Shown here: positions 43,042 to 57,378 of the stretch, piece after piece
How the letters are laid out: each line of letters begins with the position of its first letter
How positions within the stretch are numbered: the stretch's first letter is position 1
NCBI GenBank assembly: GCA_951406725.2
Contig: OX597833.1
Coordinates: 21,886,001 to 21,950,000 of the forward strand
Length of the DNA: 64,000 nt
Direction of reading: 5' to 3'
DNA from: Octopus vulgaris
Lineage: Eukaryota
The notes under the pieces: generated by a model
Seen by the model: the letters and a program-made list of their open reading frames with translations, nothing else
Databases searched by the model: none
Told to the model about the DNA's origin: nothing
Program-made: the position numbers and the translations under genes

Positions 43042-44467
43042 CCTTTCTACTAAAAGCACAAGGCCTGAAATTCTGGAGAGGGAGCTAGTCAATTACATTG
43101 ACCCCAGTGCTCAAATGGGACTTATTTTAATGACCCTGAAAGGATGGAAAAGCAAAGTCAACCTTGGTGGAATTTGAACTCACAATATAAGGACGGATGA
43201 AATGCCATGAAGTATTTTATCCGGCATGAGTTAGCAGAATTGTTAGCATGCTGGGCAAAATTCTTAGTGGCATTTCATTTGTCTTTATGTTCTAAGTTCA
43301 AATCCTGCTGAGGTTACCTTTCATCCCTTCCAGGGTCAATAAAATAAGTCCCAGTTGAGCACTGGGGTTGATGTAATTGGCTAGCCCTCACCCCCAGAAT
43401 TTCATACCATGTACCTACAGTAAAAAAGACGCCACCGCCACCGCTACCTGTCTGATAATATGTGCACAACATGGTGATCTCATATCAAGATAAACAGCAC
43501 ATGACCTTCCAGGTGGGGCCCAGTTAGAATCTTTTTCATGTTGAGGAGCTCATCCTGCTCAAAAGGTCCCTAAATAAACAAACCCACACTGGTTGTCAAG
43601 CAGTAGAAGGTGTAGGAGGACAAACACAGATGCAAAGACACACACAGATATATATATAGATATAGATATAGATATAAGTTCAGTAAAATTTAGATTCAGA
43701 TGAATATGGTACATAAGTTAAAAGCACCAGAATTTTGTATGGTATTATCCATATAAATCAAATGGGGTGATTATAATCAAAATAAGCAACAAGTATATCT
43801 GAGGTAGAGTAGTACAATTGTTTCATGCTACTTCATTTACAGTGTTTAATAAAATGAAGTAGCATGAAACAATTGTACTACTCTACCTTGGATATACTTG
43901 TTGCTTATTTTGATTATAGATAGATATAGATATCTTCTATGTTTTACTTGTTTTTGTCATTCATTAGACTGTGGCCATGCTGGGGCACCACCTTGAAGAG
44001 TTTTAATTGAACAAATTGATCCCAGTACTTATTATTTATTTTAAGCCTGGTATCTATTGTATTGGTCTCTTTTGCCAGACCCCTAAACTACCAATAGAAT
44101 AAGCACCAGCCTTAAGAAAGAAAGTACTGGGCTTGATTTATTTGACTAGAAGTTCTTCGAGATGTTGCCCCAGCATGGCCACAGTCCAATGACTGAAACA
44201 AGTAAACAATAAAAGATGAAAGATATCTATGCGTGAGTGAGTGTATACTCTTTACTCTTTTACCTGTTTCAGCCATTTGACTGTGGCCATGCTGGAGCAC
44301 CGCCTTTACTCGAGCAAATCGACCCCAGGACTTATTCTTTGTAAGCCTAGTACTTCTTCTATTGGTCTATTTTTCCACACCGCTAGGTTACAGGGATGTA
44401 AACACACCAGCATTGGTTGTCAAGCGATGTTGGGGGACAAACACAGACACACAAGCATATACACACT

Positions 44468-44521
<54 letters not shown>

Positions 44522-45424
44522 TACGACGGGCTTCTTTCAGTTTCCGTCTACCAAATCCACTCACAAGGTTTTGGTTGGCATGAGGCTATAGTAGAAGACA
44601 CTTGCCCAAGGTACCACGCAGTGGGACTGAACCCAGAACCATGTGGTTCATAAGCAAGCTACATACCACACAGCCACTCCTGCGCCTATATACATAAATG
44701 TACATGAGCGTTTGTTAGCAACTAATAATACTCCATGTTGCTTGTATTATAATTCTTGTTGGTGGCATTGGTCATCACAGAAACCCTCACAAGCGTTACC
44801 AATCGCCCTCCCCCCATACCCACACTCACACATCTGGTGCTTACTCATCACATGTAGTTCTGTAGTTCTTTTTCTGTACACTAAGGAAATATAGACTTTA
44901 TCTTATACTGGAAACTGCTTGCTGTAGACCACCACCACCACCACCGCTGCCGACGACACCACCACTACCACTATCAACACCAACATCAACACTACCAGCA
45001 TCACAAATACACACACACACACACTAAGAGGGATGATGACAGATCGATCTTAGTGGAGATTCTGATTACTAATCAAATCATCTCCATCAGCCTCATCTAC
45101 CTCCTCTTCCTCCATCATATTCCTCACCAACACCACTACCACCACCATCATTATCACCACTTCTACCACCACCACCACCACCACCACCACCATCATCATC
45201 ACTACCAATTCTAGTTTTCTTCCACTTTTATTGTTATTACCATCATCATGTGCAGGCATAGTTGTTTGGTTAAGAAGCTTACTTTGTGACCATGTGGTTT
45301 CAGGTTCAATCCCACTATACAGTACTTTGGCCAAATGTTTTCTACTATATTGCCAATCTGACCAAAGCCTTGAGAGTGGATTTTGTAGACGGAAATTGAA
45401 AGAGGCCCACTGAATATATACATG

Positions 45425-45465
<41 letters not shown>

Positions 45466-46074
45466 ATGTGCATGTGTGTTTGTGTGTGGCTTTGTCTTGA
45501 CATCATTGTAAATGAATTGTAAATGAGTTACATCATCATCATCATACACGCAAGATCATTCGGTTCCAGTCTTCTGTGGAACACATGTGGCCATGTGGAA
45601 CACAACACACACAAAACTAGACAAAATGCTTAGTAGCATTTCAACCATTTTTATGTTTAGAGTTCAAATTCCACCAAGGCTCACTTTCTCTTTCATCTTT
45701 TTGGGGTCAATAAAATAATTACCAGTTGAATATTGGGGTTGATGTAAACAACTTTCCTGTCTCCTCAAAAACTGCTGGCCCTGTGCTGAAATTTGAACTC
45801 ATCGCTTTTGTTATTATTGTTAGAAGGCCAGTACATTTGAAGGAGTGGGTAAGCAGATTACATCGACCCCCATCCCCCACTCCTAGTTTTCAAGTAGTAC
45901 TTGTTTTATCAACCCTGAAAGGATGAAAGGCACAGTCTACCTTGAGGCAGTTTGAACTCAAAACATATACAGACAGTTGCAATGCTGCTATTAACAAATA
46001 TCATTATTGTATTTACTTGTGTATAGAAAAAAATCAAAATCAAATGGATATTGTAGTTGTGATAAGCATACCAT

Positions 46075-46620
46075 TGGCATGTTGGGCTTCACAGAGGAAA
46101 TGACGAAAGACTGAGACCTCTGATATATGCTGTGATTGCGAAGACCCGACAAATGAAGTGAGTTCATGGCTCACAGGATAGCCTGCTGTGCTAACCTTGG
46201 ATCGTAGAGTGACCAGCTGTGATGGAGGAGACCTATTGAGTCAAGTACGTCAACACCAACATCAAAATAAAACCTAAATGGAAATTATAGTTAAGATACC
46301 CGTGCTGGTGGCACGTAAAAAGCACCATCCGAACGTGGCTGATGCCAGCGTCGCCTGACTGGCATCCGTGTCGGTGACATGTAAAAAACCTCAACCGATC
46401 GTGGCCACTTGCCTGCCTCCTCTGGCCCCTGTGCCAGTGGCACGTAAAAAGCACCCACTACACTCATGGAGTAGTTGGCATTAGGAAGGGCATCCAGCTG
46501 TAGAAACACTGCCAGATCAGACAGGAGCCTGGCACAGCCTTCTGGCTTCCCAGACCCCTGTCGAACCGTCCAACCCATGCTAGCATGGAAAACGGACGTT
46601 AAATGATGATGATGATGATG
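46075..46620 (+). mobile_element. RTE 3' UTR with (GAT)n tail; homologous pieces at 23205-23515(-), 42015-42285(-), 50060-50185(+), 56910-57070(+)
   Basis: Shared GGAAGGGCATCCAGC...ATGGAAAACGGACGTTAAATGATGATG end and repeated CACGTAAAAAGCAC motif. Confidence 0.75.
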
Positions 46621-48719
46621 AAGCCATACCATACATAATTAAGTGTTAAATCCTGGTACAAATTTTCCCCCCTCATTTTTAAACTCGTTATCATAAATGA
46701 CGACATTAATTAAACTTGCATGTATCAACAAAACCAATAGCCATGCTGAAACAATTTTATTGACATAAAAGCTTAATTACAAACAATAATTTGGAGTACT
46801 ATTACTAGTATCATTGAAAACAAGGAAATAAAATTATGTTATACCAATTACAACTTGAAAACAAGGACCTACACAACATTTTCTATCCTAACGGTTTTCT
46901 TTTTTAACCCTATACACTATTGTACATAACTTTATTTGCTTCATATTTCACTGTTCCCAAAATATGAATTATTTCACATTCTCTCAAAGTTCCTAAATTC
47001 TTATGATGTCAACAACATGTAATTCTTGCTGGTAAGAATAAAGTTTCTAAAACAGACAAGGAACATTCAAAGGATTGCTTTGGTTCAACAGTAGAGCATC
47101 TGTCATGTGTACAGATGTGGGTTCAAATCTCATGTGCAGCCTTTTATTTCTTCTCTCCAAAGGGTTTTTTTTTGTCTTTAACTTGATATTTACACACCAG
47201 TGAAGGTATGTGACTAGTGATTAAGGTGTTGCACTAACAATTGCGAGATCAATTCTTGGGCCAGGTAGCATGTTGTATTCTTGAGCAAAACACTTCATTC
47301 CATATTACTCTGTGAGTGGAAAAGTGGTAGAATCATTGGCACGTTGGCAGAAATGGTATATCTTCCAGCTCTCTAAATTCTGAGATCAAATCTCAAACAA
47401 TTATTTTGATCCAATGGTAGAAGGTCTGTCATGAGTACAGAAGATGCGGGATCAAATCCCATGCGCAGACATTTACTTCTTCTCTCCATGGTGGAGGCAC
47501 ATGGCCTAGTGGTTAGAGCAGCGGACTCGCGGTCGAGGGATCGCGGGTTCGAATCTCTGACCGGGCGATGTGTGTGTTTATGAGCAAACTCCTGCTGACT
47601 TTTTCGCCACAACTTTCTCTCACTCTTTCCTCCTACATCTTGCAGCTCACCTGCAAAGGACTGGCACCCCATCCAGCTGGGGAACCTATATGCCAAGGAA
47701 ACTGGGAAACCGGCCCTATAAGCCAGGCATGGCTCAAGAAGGAACAAACATATATATATATATGTGTGTATGTGTGTGTTCGAATTACTGTGTGTTGGTC
47801 CCGTTGCCAAAAAAAAAATAATTGCCACAACAGGTTCAGATTACCTTTTTGAGCCATGGCAACTCTTGAGGGCCAGCTTCCCAGTTTTAATGGCGTATAA
47901 ATTCCACACGTGGAAGGGATGCTGGTCCATCGCAGAATTATGCATTTTTCCCAGCTGAGTGGATGGGAGCAACATAAAATGAAGTGTTTTGCTCAAAACC
48001 ACAATGTGTTGCCTGGTCTAGGAATCGAAACCACAATCTTATGATCATGAGTTCACCAAGCCATGCAACTCTACTAACACTAAATTAGGGATAAAACTCA
48101 TACATAAATACAAATTATACAGTAATTCAGCTGGTAGTTTTAATAATTTCTTCTGGTTACAATAACACTGTGTAACAAAATTTTATTTTATTTTTGCCAT
48201 AGGTGCAGAAGTGGCTGTGTGGTAAGTAGCTTGCTTACCAACCACATGGTTTCGGGTTCAGTCTCACTGCATGCCACCTTGGGCAAGTGTCTTCTACTAT
48301 AGCCTCAGGCTAACCAAAGCCTTGTGAGTGGATTTGGTAGATGGAAACTGAAAGAAGCTGAAACTGGCCTTATTTTCCATTACGTTTCAGACAGATTCAG
48401 TGCTATGTTGCTGAAGCAGAAATATTGTCATAGCAAATATTCTGCTCAATACCACAGATTTGCTTGTCAGTTGCTTGACCGTAACCACTTGAGCATGTCC
48501 CTTAGTGGCTGACAATATGTGCTTCTGTGATCATGAGCAGGAATAGTGGGGGAGCATCATAGCCATGTATTGAGAGGGAATATTTGGGGTTTGAATAAAT
48601 GAAACAAAAGCAAAGTTTGAAGGAGATATTAGCCATTTCTCACACTTTCTAAGGGTAAGCAAATAGGAAATAACAGCTGCTACTCAAGGACAAAAATCGT
48701 GTTCCACAGTTACACATTT

Positions 48720-49030
48720 ATCTCCTTCCTTCATAGTAGACAGCAACACCCAACAAAGCAGTGATTGCATGGCAGTTAGATCACCATCTCCTCGACAATC
48801 AGAGAAAGAAGTCATTAGTTATATGGGACACTGCTGGTGAAGCAAGGATGAAATATCCAGCGATCTCCTTTTCTGGAAACCTATGCCTGGGCATACAGGT
48901 ATCAGTAGAGCAAAAAGAGCATATATTGAGTAACTTGTAAAAGACACTGGATAACAAGTTGAAGATATGAAGGCTGGGACATTTGGGATGGAAAAGTTGC
49001 ATTGATCCAGGCAAGTCACCCAACTAGACA
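48720..49030 (+). mobile_element. RTE-X-like LINE C-terminal remnant
   Basis: YMGHCW*SKDEISSDLLFWKPMPGHTGISRAKRAYIE*LVKDTG resembles the GHCWRSK.E...D.LLW.P..G...GR..Y..QL..DTG tail. Confidence 0.65.
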
Positions 49031-49522
49031 GCTATGGATGGATTGTGATAAACAAAAACACAAGTTCTAGCAGTCATGCTTTACCATAATGTGTTAATGG
49101 AAACTAAGTGACTATAATACCTGTTTCTTACAAAAATATTCAGGCCTCAAATAAACATTAAATAGGGAAACAGAATAACATCCCCCAAAAAGGTTCATGT
49201 CTTCCCCCATTCTTCAGCGCTTCTTTGTTATCATACAAGGTGACTTTTATCTTTGACTTGCTTCAGTCATTAGACAGCGGCCAGGCTGGGGCACTACCGG
49301 GAATAATTTTTAGTCAAATGAATCAACTCCCCAAGACTTTTAAAAAATATTTTAAGCCTGGGACTTATTCTAGCAGTTAACTTTTGCTGAACTACTAAGT
49401 CATGGGGAATAAACACACCAACACTGGTTGTCAAGCGGTGGTGGGAGACAAACACTGACACAAAGATATACACCTACACACATGTGTGTGTGTATGTATA
49501 TATATATATATGTATGTGTGTG

Positions 49523-49560
<38 letters not shown>

Positions 49561-50399
49561 TACATTCATACATATATACACAACAAGCTTCTTTCAGTTT
49601 CTCTCTACCAAGTTAACTCACATGGCCTTGGTCAACCTGGGACAGTAGTAGAAGACACTTGCTCAAGGTGTTACACAATGGGACTGAACCCAAGACCATG
49701 TGGTTGGAAGCAAACTTCTTACCACACAGCCACTCCTGCATATATCCTTTTTATTCATGACCCTTTTTAACACGTCATTTTATTTTCCTTTAATTCTTAT
49801 TGGCTGTCATTTAAATGATAACTAAAAATTCATTTGGGAAAATATTTAAATTATAATAACTAAAAATTCATTTGGGAAAATACTTTTCTTCTCTTTTTTT
49901 TTCCATACTTGATGTGAGTGACCATGCAGACCCCTCGGTAGGAATCTGTTCTGCCCACCCCTCTCTCACAGTAGTCCCCTCATCCCTTAACGTGATGCTG
50001 ATCACCCCTCATACCCCAAGAATTGTAGACAGGCGAACTGTATGGAGACGTCAATAATACAGGTGACACGAAAAAAAAAGTACCCAATCCACCCTGAATG
50101 AGGTTGTCGTAAGGAAGGGCATCCACTCTTAAAAACCATATCAAAGCAGACAGCATAGAACAAGGTCGTTAAATGATAATGAGGATAATTGACAATGATC
50201 ATACATTAAAATGTTTGAAAATCGGATCGGAATTTCCCCATTAATATTTGATGGAGGATAACACGTAGTCATGAACTAAGTGTATCAAAGTAAAATTGTG
50301 GACGTTGGGTGATGTCACCGTAAAGATTGTCACAAAAAATATTTATTACAAAACCACACTGTTTGAAAACAATAAAATGAAATTGGAAGAAAAGAACTG

Positions 50400-50817
50400 G
50401 GATCTTTTCGGTTTGAACGGCAGTTTTTTCTAGCGGTGTCATATGAAATTGGCACCCATAATTATGACCCTAGTATCGATCTATTGCATTTCAATCTCTT
50501 TTAGGGTTAGGGTTAGAGGTTGGGGAAGGGTATCTTTTTTTCTTCAGAAATGTAAATAAACCTAATCTGCTTCTTAAACGAGGGACATATTCATACGGCA
50601 CAGAATGTTTTCACCTCAATAGACGTCATTGATTGGTTGAAATTGCAGAAATTGAAGAAAAAAACAACAACAAATATCTTACAAACTATAGAATTTTCTC
50701 AATAAAGCCAAGAGAAAAAGATGTTTTATAAACACATTCTACCAGTATACGAAGTTTAAAAGTGGTTAGTTACGTGGAAATTATTTTTAAAAACTGCCGG
50801 TCAAACCGAAAAGATCC
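50400..50817. mobile_element. MITE copy 1, TIR GGATCTTTTCGGTTTGAACGGCAGTTTTT
   Basis: About 29-bp TIRs; TSD AAGAACTG/AGGAACTG; internal TTAGGG tract; opposite orientation to copies 2 and 3. Confidence 0.9.
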
Positions 50818-52477
50818 AGGAACTGAGATATCGTACATGTATTTAAATGAATTCATGTTTTTCTCCTCGTTCATTTTGCATCATTTTAATTCGCGATATA
50901 ATAATGATATGAAATGTAGGGTACTAACAAAGAAATGCCCCTTAAGTTTCTTCTTTTTTTTTTTCCAAGTAGTTATACCTCAACTTACGTCGTTTCGAGT
51001 TAGGTTTTGTTTTTCGATTTTACGCCGCTTTTTGAAATAAATAAACAGAAAAAATAAAATCCCCAACTTTAGTCGATTTATCCCACTTTACGTCCATCTT
51101 AGCGAACATAAATAAAAGCATAACATTTTTTGAAAAACACGTAAAAAAGAAAATAGTGAAGTTGAATATCAAATAATATACACGTGAAAATATGTACAAA
51201 CCATTTATTAAAACAGTTATAAATTAATAAAGTTTTAAAAATGTTTTTCGAGTTAAATTGTATGTCTTGGAACTAATTATCGACATAAGTTGAGGCATGC
51301 CTGTGTATTGACGACGTAAAGCGAAGCGCGATCATCACAAGGGAAGCGCAAAAGGCAAAAGTAATAATGAGAAAACGCGAAAAACAAACAGGATCAGTAG
51401 GTCGACTCGCCGGGTAGCTTTCTCAGGCTCTTAAAGACATGCATCAGAAGAATGATTAAAAAAAAGGAAGAAGTAAAAATAGATAGACTTGTAGGGGGTC
51501 AAATTAGTCAAAACAAACATTACACACACACACACCCAAAACACAAACAATTCCAGGACATTGCTCTTGAAAATTTAAAAATAAAATGAGTCTAGTCAAA
51601 ACAAAAGCGCACACGGACACATACACACATACGTTTTCACATATAAACTCTATTTTCAAAGTCAAACAAGCCTTGTAAAATTACACACACACACACACAC
51701 ACACATACACAGAGGATATCGGAACACACTTTTAAGGAAAAAATAACAAATATAAATAAACGGTATTTTTTTACTCTACCTTGTAAGTTATTCCCTTTTG
51801 TTTGATTTCTTCTTATCAATGTTATTTAATCTAATTAGTGCAGTCGTTAATTAGAAGGTTATTTAATTTCTTTTCCCTTCTTTTCTTTTCCTTTTGTTTT
51901 GAAGCCCTCAACTGCCACTTAATTAAAAGCTAATCACAGTTCGTCAACCTTTATGAGTGAAGTAAGGAGAGAGAGACACGGCATTTACACCAAAAGGAAA
52001 AAACAAAAACTTTTTCTCCTGTTCTCTGAGAGTAACAGTAGTACAAGTAATAGTAATAATAATAATAATGATAATACTAATAATAATGTTTGTTTTTTCT
52101 TTTTGTCTTTCTTTTATTCTTTCTTTCTTTCTAAAATGCACTGGGTTTATCAATTTGTAAATAAGAAGTGAGCAGCGTGTTGTCGATTGCTTGGTGGCGT
52201 GTGTATACTAACCATTTTTGGCTAACCATGTTTTAGCTGCAGTACCATGTGCTTACTCATGCTGGATAATAAATATACGTAGAGAACAACAACAACAACA
52301 ATAACAACTAACTCTCTCCTCTTTTACAAACAGGCTATTTTTGGCTGCAGCTTAGAAAGAAGTCTCCCGAGCCAGCAAAATTTCACACACATCTACGTAC
52401 GTACGCAGACACTAAACAGCACACCAAACGCTCACACATTGACTGTACATTCACACACAAATACATATATACATACT

Positions 52478-52513
<36 letters not shown>

Positions 52514-53299
52514 TGTTCTTCCGTCACACTTACATCTTCCTAGATTACGTACACCAGCACACAAAATACACACACACTCACACAGAAAGACTCGTATTCA
52601 AACACATATATACACACACTCGCACTCATTGCTAATTATAAACCAAACTAGTCGCAATCTGTTCAAGACTGGGACATTGAACACAACACTTACGAACGAA
52701 AGGAACTGGCATACACACGAGGATAAACTTATCTTATTTATTTGTTTTATTTATTTATTTATACATAAACTACATGTTTGTGTGTATATGTGTGTGTGTC
52801 AGTGAGAGAAAGATATACACAGAGTAAAAGATATACACAGATTATACACGCGTACGAGAAATCTTATAACGAACTTTGGCAAGAATACACATACATATTC
52901 TTTTACTCTTTTACCTTGTTTCAGTCATTTGGCTGCGGCCATACTGGAGCACCACCTTAAAGGTTTTTTTTTTTAGTCGAAGAAATCTGCTCCAGGACTT
53001 ATTCTTTTCCAAGCCTAATACTTATTCTACCGCTGTCTTTTGCCGAACCGCTAAGTTTCGGGGGACATAAGCACACCCATCAAAGGTTATTAAGCGATGG
53101 CGGTGGTGGTGGTGGGGAAACACAGACACGCATAAATACATATATATATATACGGGCTTCTTTCAGTTTCCGTCTACCTAATCCGCTCACAATGCTTTGG
53201 TCGGCCCAAGCAAATGTAGAAGACACTTGCCCAGGGTGTCATGCAATGAGACTGAGCCCGGAACCATGTGGTTGGGAAGCAAACCACATAGCCACGCCT

Positions 53300-53365
<66 letters not shown>

Positions 53366-53399
53366 ATGTTCTTGTAATCAACTCTGTATTTAAAAGTCT

Positions 53400-54221
53400 G
53401 GATCTGTTTGGCTGCCAAAATTTCAAAACTCAAAGTTTGTTGAAAATTTTAAAATTTGGTACATTAATGTAGTTTTCCAAGCTGAACAGCTGGAGTTATT
53501 TCACTTTTCCCAGAAAATAAAAAAAAGTTATTGAGGTTTAAAGTTTTAGCATTTTCACCTAGTCAGGAAACAGGATTTGGTAGCTGTCATTTTGTGCGTG
53601 ACTGCACATTTTGTCAACATCCTGAAAATAGCACTTGTGTTTTTATATGAAACCGTAAACAAATGAATTACGCACGACATTTAACACATCATAACTTTCT
53701 TTATTTTGGGGAATTTTCAGAAAATTTTTGTTAATTTGTATACTACACGCGGGACTTATACGATAATGCTAAAAAAACTGTGGGAGTGTATGATTTAAGA
53801 CCTATTTAGCTGTTATTTTTAGCACACCTCACAACAGCCTCAATGACAGGAAACCGCATCTTCCCCTGGTGCATGATTTAAGGCCTATTAGGCTGGTTTT
53901 ATTTTTTTTTAGCACATATGACAACCATCTCAATGACTAAAACATATTAAACAACACGTGCTTCCTCGCAGACATAAGAGTTCTCATGTTTGGCTTGTTA
54001 CTATGGAAACAGGTATTAATGTGTATGTGGCTTACGTTTGGCTAAAATTATCCCAAATTTTCAAACTTTAATAGCTAGTAACACTTTATTTATTGATTTA
54101 TGGCGAAAACGATTTTCTTGGCATTGATTAGCATATAAAAGCATATCGTTACACCGAATATGAAATCGATTCGAATAGAAATTGAAGAGATTGAGAATTG
54201 GCAGCCTAACAGAAAAGATCC
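53400..54221. mobile_element. Older related non-autonomous TIR element
   Basis: Left end GGATCTGTTTGGCTGCCAA; right end reverse complement GGATCTTTTCTGTTAGGCTGCCAA; TSD AAAAGTCT/AAAAGTTT. Confidence 0.7.
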
Positions 54222-56510
54222 AAAAGTTTTCCGCAGTAAACATAAACGTCATTTAAATGGCTCTGCGGAAGCTATGCTGTCAAAAGTTTCTTACAGCAGA
54301 AACTGCTGTAAGCAAACGAAAGGGATTACGTAACTCTTGTTCTTTTTGTCATTCGTTAACTGAAATTACGCTACGTACTCTCTTGATGGTTTTCTCGAAA
54401 GTTAGAAATAATAGTTCTTAGTTTCGCCATGCCTAAACGAAATCATAATACATACATACATGTGTGTGTGTGTGTGTGTGTTTCTCTCTCCATTGTTTTA
54501 TTTTCTGTATAAGATCATAGGCTCGAAACGTCGAAGACTTCCGTTTTTCCTGAGTGTCAAACTAATACACATTGTTTGTTGTTCCTTCACTTGGCTCTGC
54601 TTCAGTCATCTGCTTTTAGCACAATTTTGAACTACACACACTTTTTCACACCGGTCGCGTAACCGATCGTTCGTAAATCTTCTAGTCCTCACTGGTACCC
54701 GTCTGGCTATTTGTTACCTTTCTAATCCTTTAGGATTGCCCTCTAAGCGTTACCTACCATTCGTTTATCTTTTGGTCCTAAGGCTGTATTCTGTTTGTTT
54801 CTTATTTATTTTGTCTTTGTCCTTCGTCCATCGTTTTGAATTACATTTATTCACTTTCGTATGTCTACTTCTATATTGCCTGTTATCCATGTGTTGCTTG
54901 TTTTCAGTCCAATATTCTCCGTAACTTTCGCAGGCACCGCCAGTATGGGAATTATCATCTCAGTCTTATCATTCATGGTGCGAAACACAACTGGTTGATA
55001 ACTGATGAAGAATTGGGGGCCTTTCGGTGTCTGTCTTCCGTCCATTTGTGCACTCGAATATGTTTTTCCGTTCTTCTGTGCATTCATTACACGTTTTTAA
55101 AATTTATTTTATAAAATTATTTTTACATTCCCTCGCCCCACAGAACTAGACAGACAGGTATAGTTGATAGATACACACACACACACATACATGCGTATGT
55201 ACGTGTCTCTTTTACTTCTTTCAGTCATTTGACTGCGACCATGCTGGAGCACCGCCCCCAGGATTTATTCTTTGTAAGCCTAGTACTTATTCTATCGGTC
55301 TCTTTTGCCGAACTGCTAAGTAAACACACCAGCGTCGGTTGTCAAGCGATGTTGGGGGGACAAACACAGATACACAAACACATATACACACATACATATA
55401 TACGACGGGCTTCTTTCAATTTCCGTCTACCAAATCCACTCACAAGGCTTCGGTCGGTCCGAGGCTATAGCAGAAGACACTTGCCAAAGGTGCCACATAA
55501 TGGGACTGAACCCAGAACCATGTGGTTGACAAGCAAGCTACTTACCGCAGAGCTACTCCTGTATGTATAAAAATGAACAATATCTATGAACAAAAGGCAC
55601 AAAAGACAGTAGTGGATAGTATTAAGTAAAGCTGTATATTTTATAGAATGCTGATCTTACATGGAATGGTTTTTGGATTTCTTACTAAATCGATTGCTAT
55701 GAAAGTGAATTTTCAACAACATCCCATCGTCATCTTTTCTCCGAATATATATTTTTTATCTTATCATTCATCCTTGAGCAGAATACTGTTGTCACATCCG
55801 GGTTTCTCTTCTGCTTGCATTCTCTCTCTTCTTGGTCAAGTGATTAAAAAAAAACCTGAGTTTCTAATTTTATTGGTTCCGTTTTGGCAGTTAAACTTCA
55901 ACCCCCACGATCGTTTTTCTGCTAAATCTTGTTTTTTTTATTATCTTGACTCGTCTTTCTACTAATTCACGTCATTTTGCCGGTGTTGTCCCCTATTTTA
56001 AGGAAATTTTAAATGTCTAATTCTAGTAGTTTCTTTCCTCAAAATATCTGTCTTGTGGAACTCTCTTCTTTAATGTTTCGCTGATCGATATAATTTTAAT
56101 TATCTAAAATCGTATATTGGTCGTTTTATGTTTCCTTTTCGGGTAAAATTCAACACCAAAAGCATTTGATAACATCATGCAGTAAAGTACGGATCAATTG
56201 GTTGTCAGCTTCAAATCCGTTATCTTCAGGGCCTTCTCATTTTGTAGGAGAGATATGGATCTTGACAGCGCTGGATTAACCATTAAGCAAAATAAGTGCT
56301 TATGGTATGAAGAGATGGGGAAAGGCACCACAGAAATGATAAATGGTTTACTGCACAAAATAAATCACTTTAAGCTTCCTACAACAACATTCGAAGTGGT
56401 TTATGTGATCGGAAATATAATTTCGAAGTACAGTTCTATATTTAAGATATGAGGAATTATGTACATTATTTATATTCGACGGATATTTTTCCTCATCTTG
56501 TTTGTTGTTA

Positions 56511-56556
56511 AACACAACGTTTCGGCTGATATACCCTCCAGCCTTCATCAGGTGTC
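56511..56556 (-). ncRNA. Minimal type I hammerhead ribozyme (Penelope type), canonical core
   Basis: Minus strand: GACAC-CTGATGA-A-GGCTG-gagggtatat-CAGCC-GAAA-CG-TT-GTGTT; 5-bp stems I and II, palindromic stem III. Confidence 0.85.
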
Positions 56557-56675
56557 TTGGGGAAATTTCGAACCTGGGTCTCATTCTTAAGGTATGAGAA
56601 ACCCCGGAATGAGTTCTCATTCCTAAGGTATGGAATGTGATATAAAAAAAGTGGTGATGAGATGTCTTTGTAGAT

Positions 56676-56909
56676 CTTAATGGTAAAAATTCCAATTCCT
56701 TGGATGACGTAAAAAGATACCTTGATGAATTCTTTGCCATGAAACCACCTCAATTCTGGGAAGAGGGTAGTTTCAAGTTAAAGGAAAGATAGAGATGCAT
56801 TGTGCAACAAAATGGTTCATATTTGGTTGATTAAAAATGTAATGGCAAATGTTTATTGACCTTTTTCTTAGCTTTAAAAATCGGCACGAACTTTCCGGAC
56901 AACCCAATA
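56676..56909 (+). mobile_element. mariner transposase C-terminus plus right TIR
   Basis: LNGKNSNSLDDVKRYLDEFFAMKPPQFWEEGSFKLKER*RCIVQQNGSYLVD*, then a TIR-like end GCACGAACTTTCCGGACAACCCAA-TA. Confidence 0.88.
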
Positions 56910-57378
56910 GTTGGCTTTAGGAAAGGCATCCAGACATAGAAACCACGAAACCATGACAAAGCAAACATAAGAACATAAGCACGATGCAGTCTTTGGACCC
57001 ACGGACCAAATCAAGTCGCTCGACAAATGCCAGCACGGAATATGGACCTTAAATGATGATGATGAGGATGATGGTAATGGTGCTGGTGGCGACGGTGGTG
57101 CAGTGTATTCCAATTGCTCCTTGTTGTAACTCTGTGGTGAGCCGTGATAAAATGGTGTTATTCTATAATTAGTATATCAGTGGGAGTCGTGGAGTTTACA
57201 ACTTTCACATTTTTCAAAGGAACTTATAAATCATATTGACCGTCAGTAGTTTACGGTTTGTTATGAATAAGAAAGCTTTTAGCGTCATAGTTTTTGCAAC
57301 ATATTATTAGTGTTAGTTTATGGTTTCGAACTTTGTTTTATTTTGATGCGGTTTTAATAATATTGTCATATATTTTAT

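Noticed and set aside
42735-45070. C/D snoRNA candidates (RTGATGA near 42740, 44775, 45031)
   Set aside because: No properly spaced CTGA box D with a terminal stem.
50500-50520. True or ancestral telomere
   Set aside because: Only 2-3 units, internal to a MITE.
54851-55087. 78-aa ORF as a host exon or PLE linker
   Set aside because: No recognisable motif or splice signals; resemblance too weak to call.
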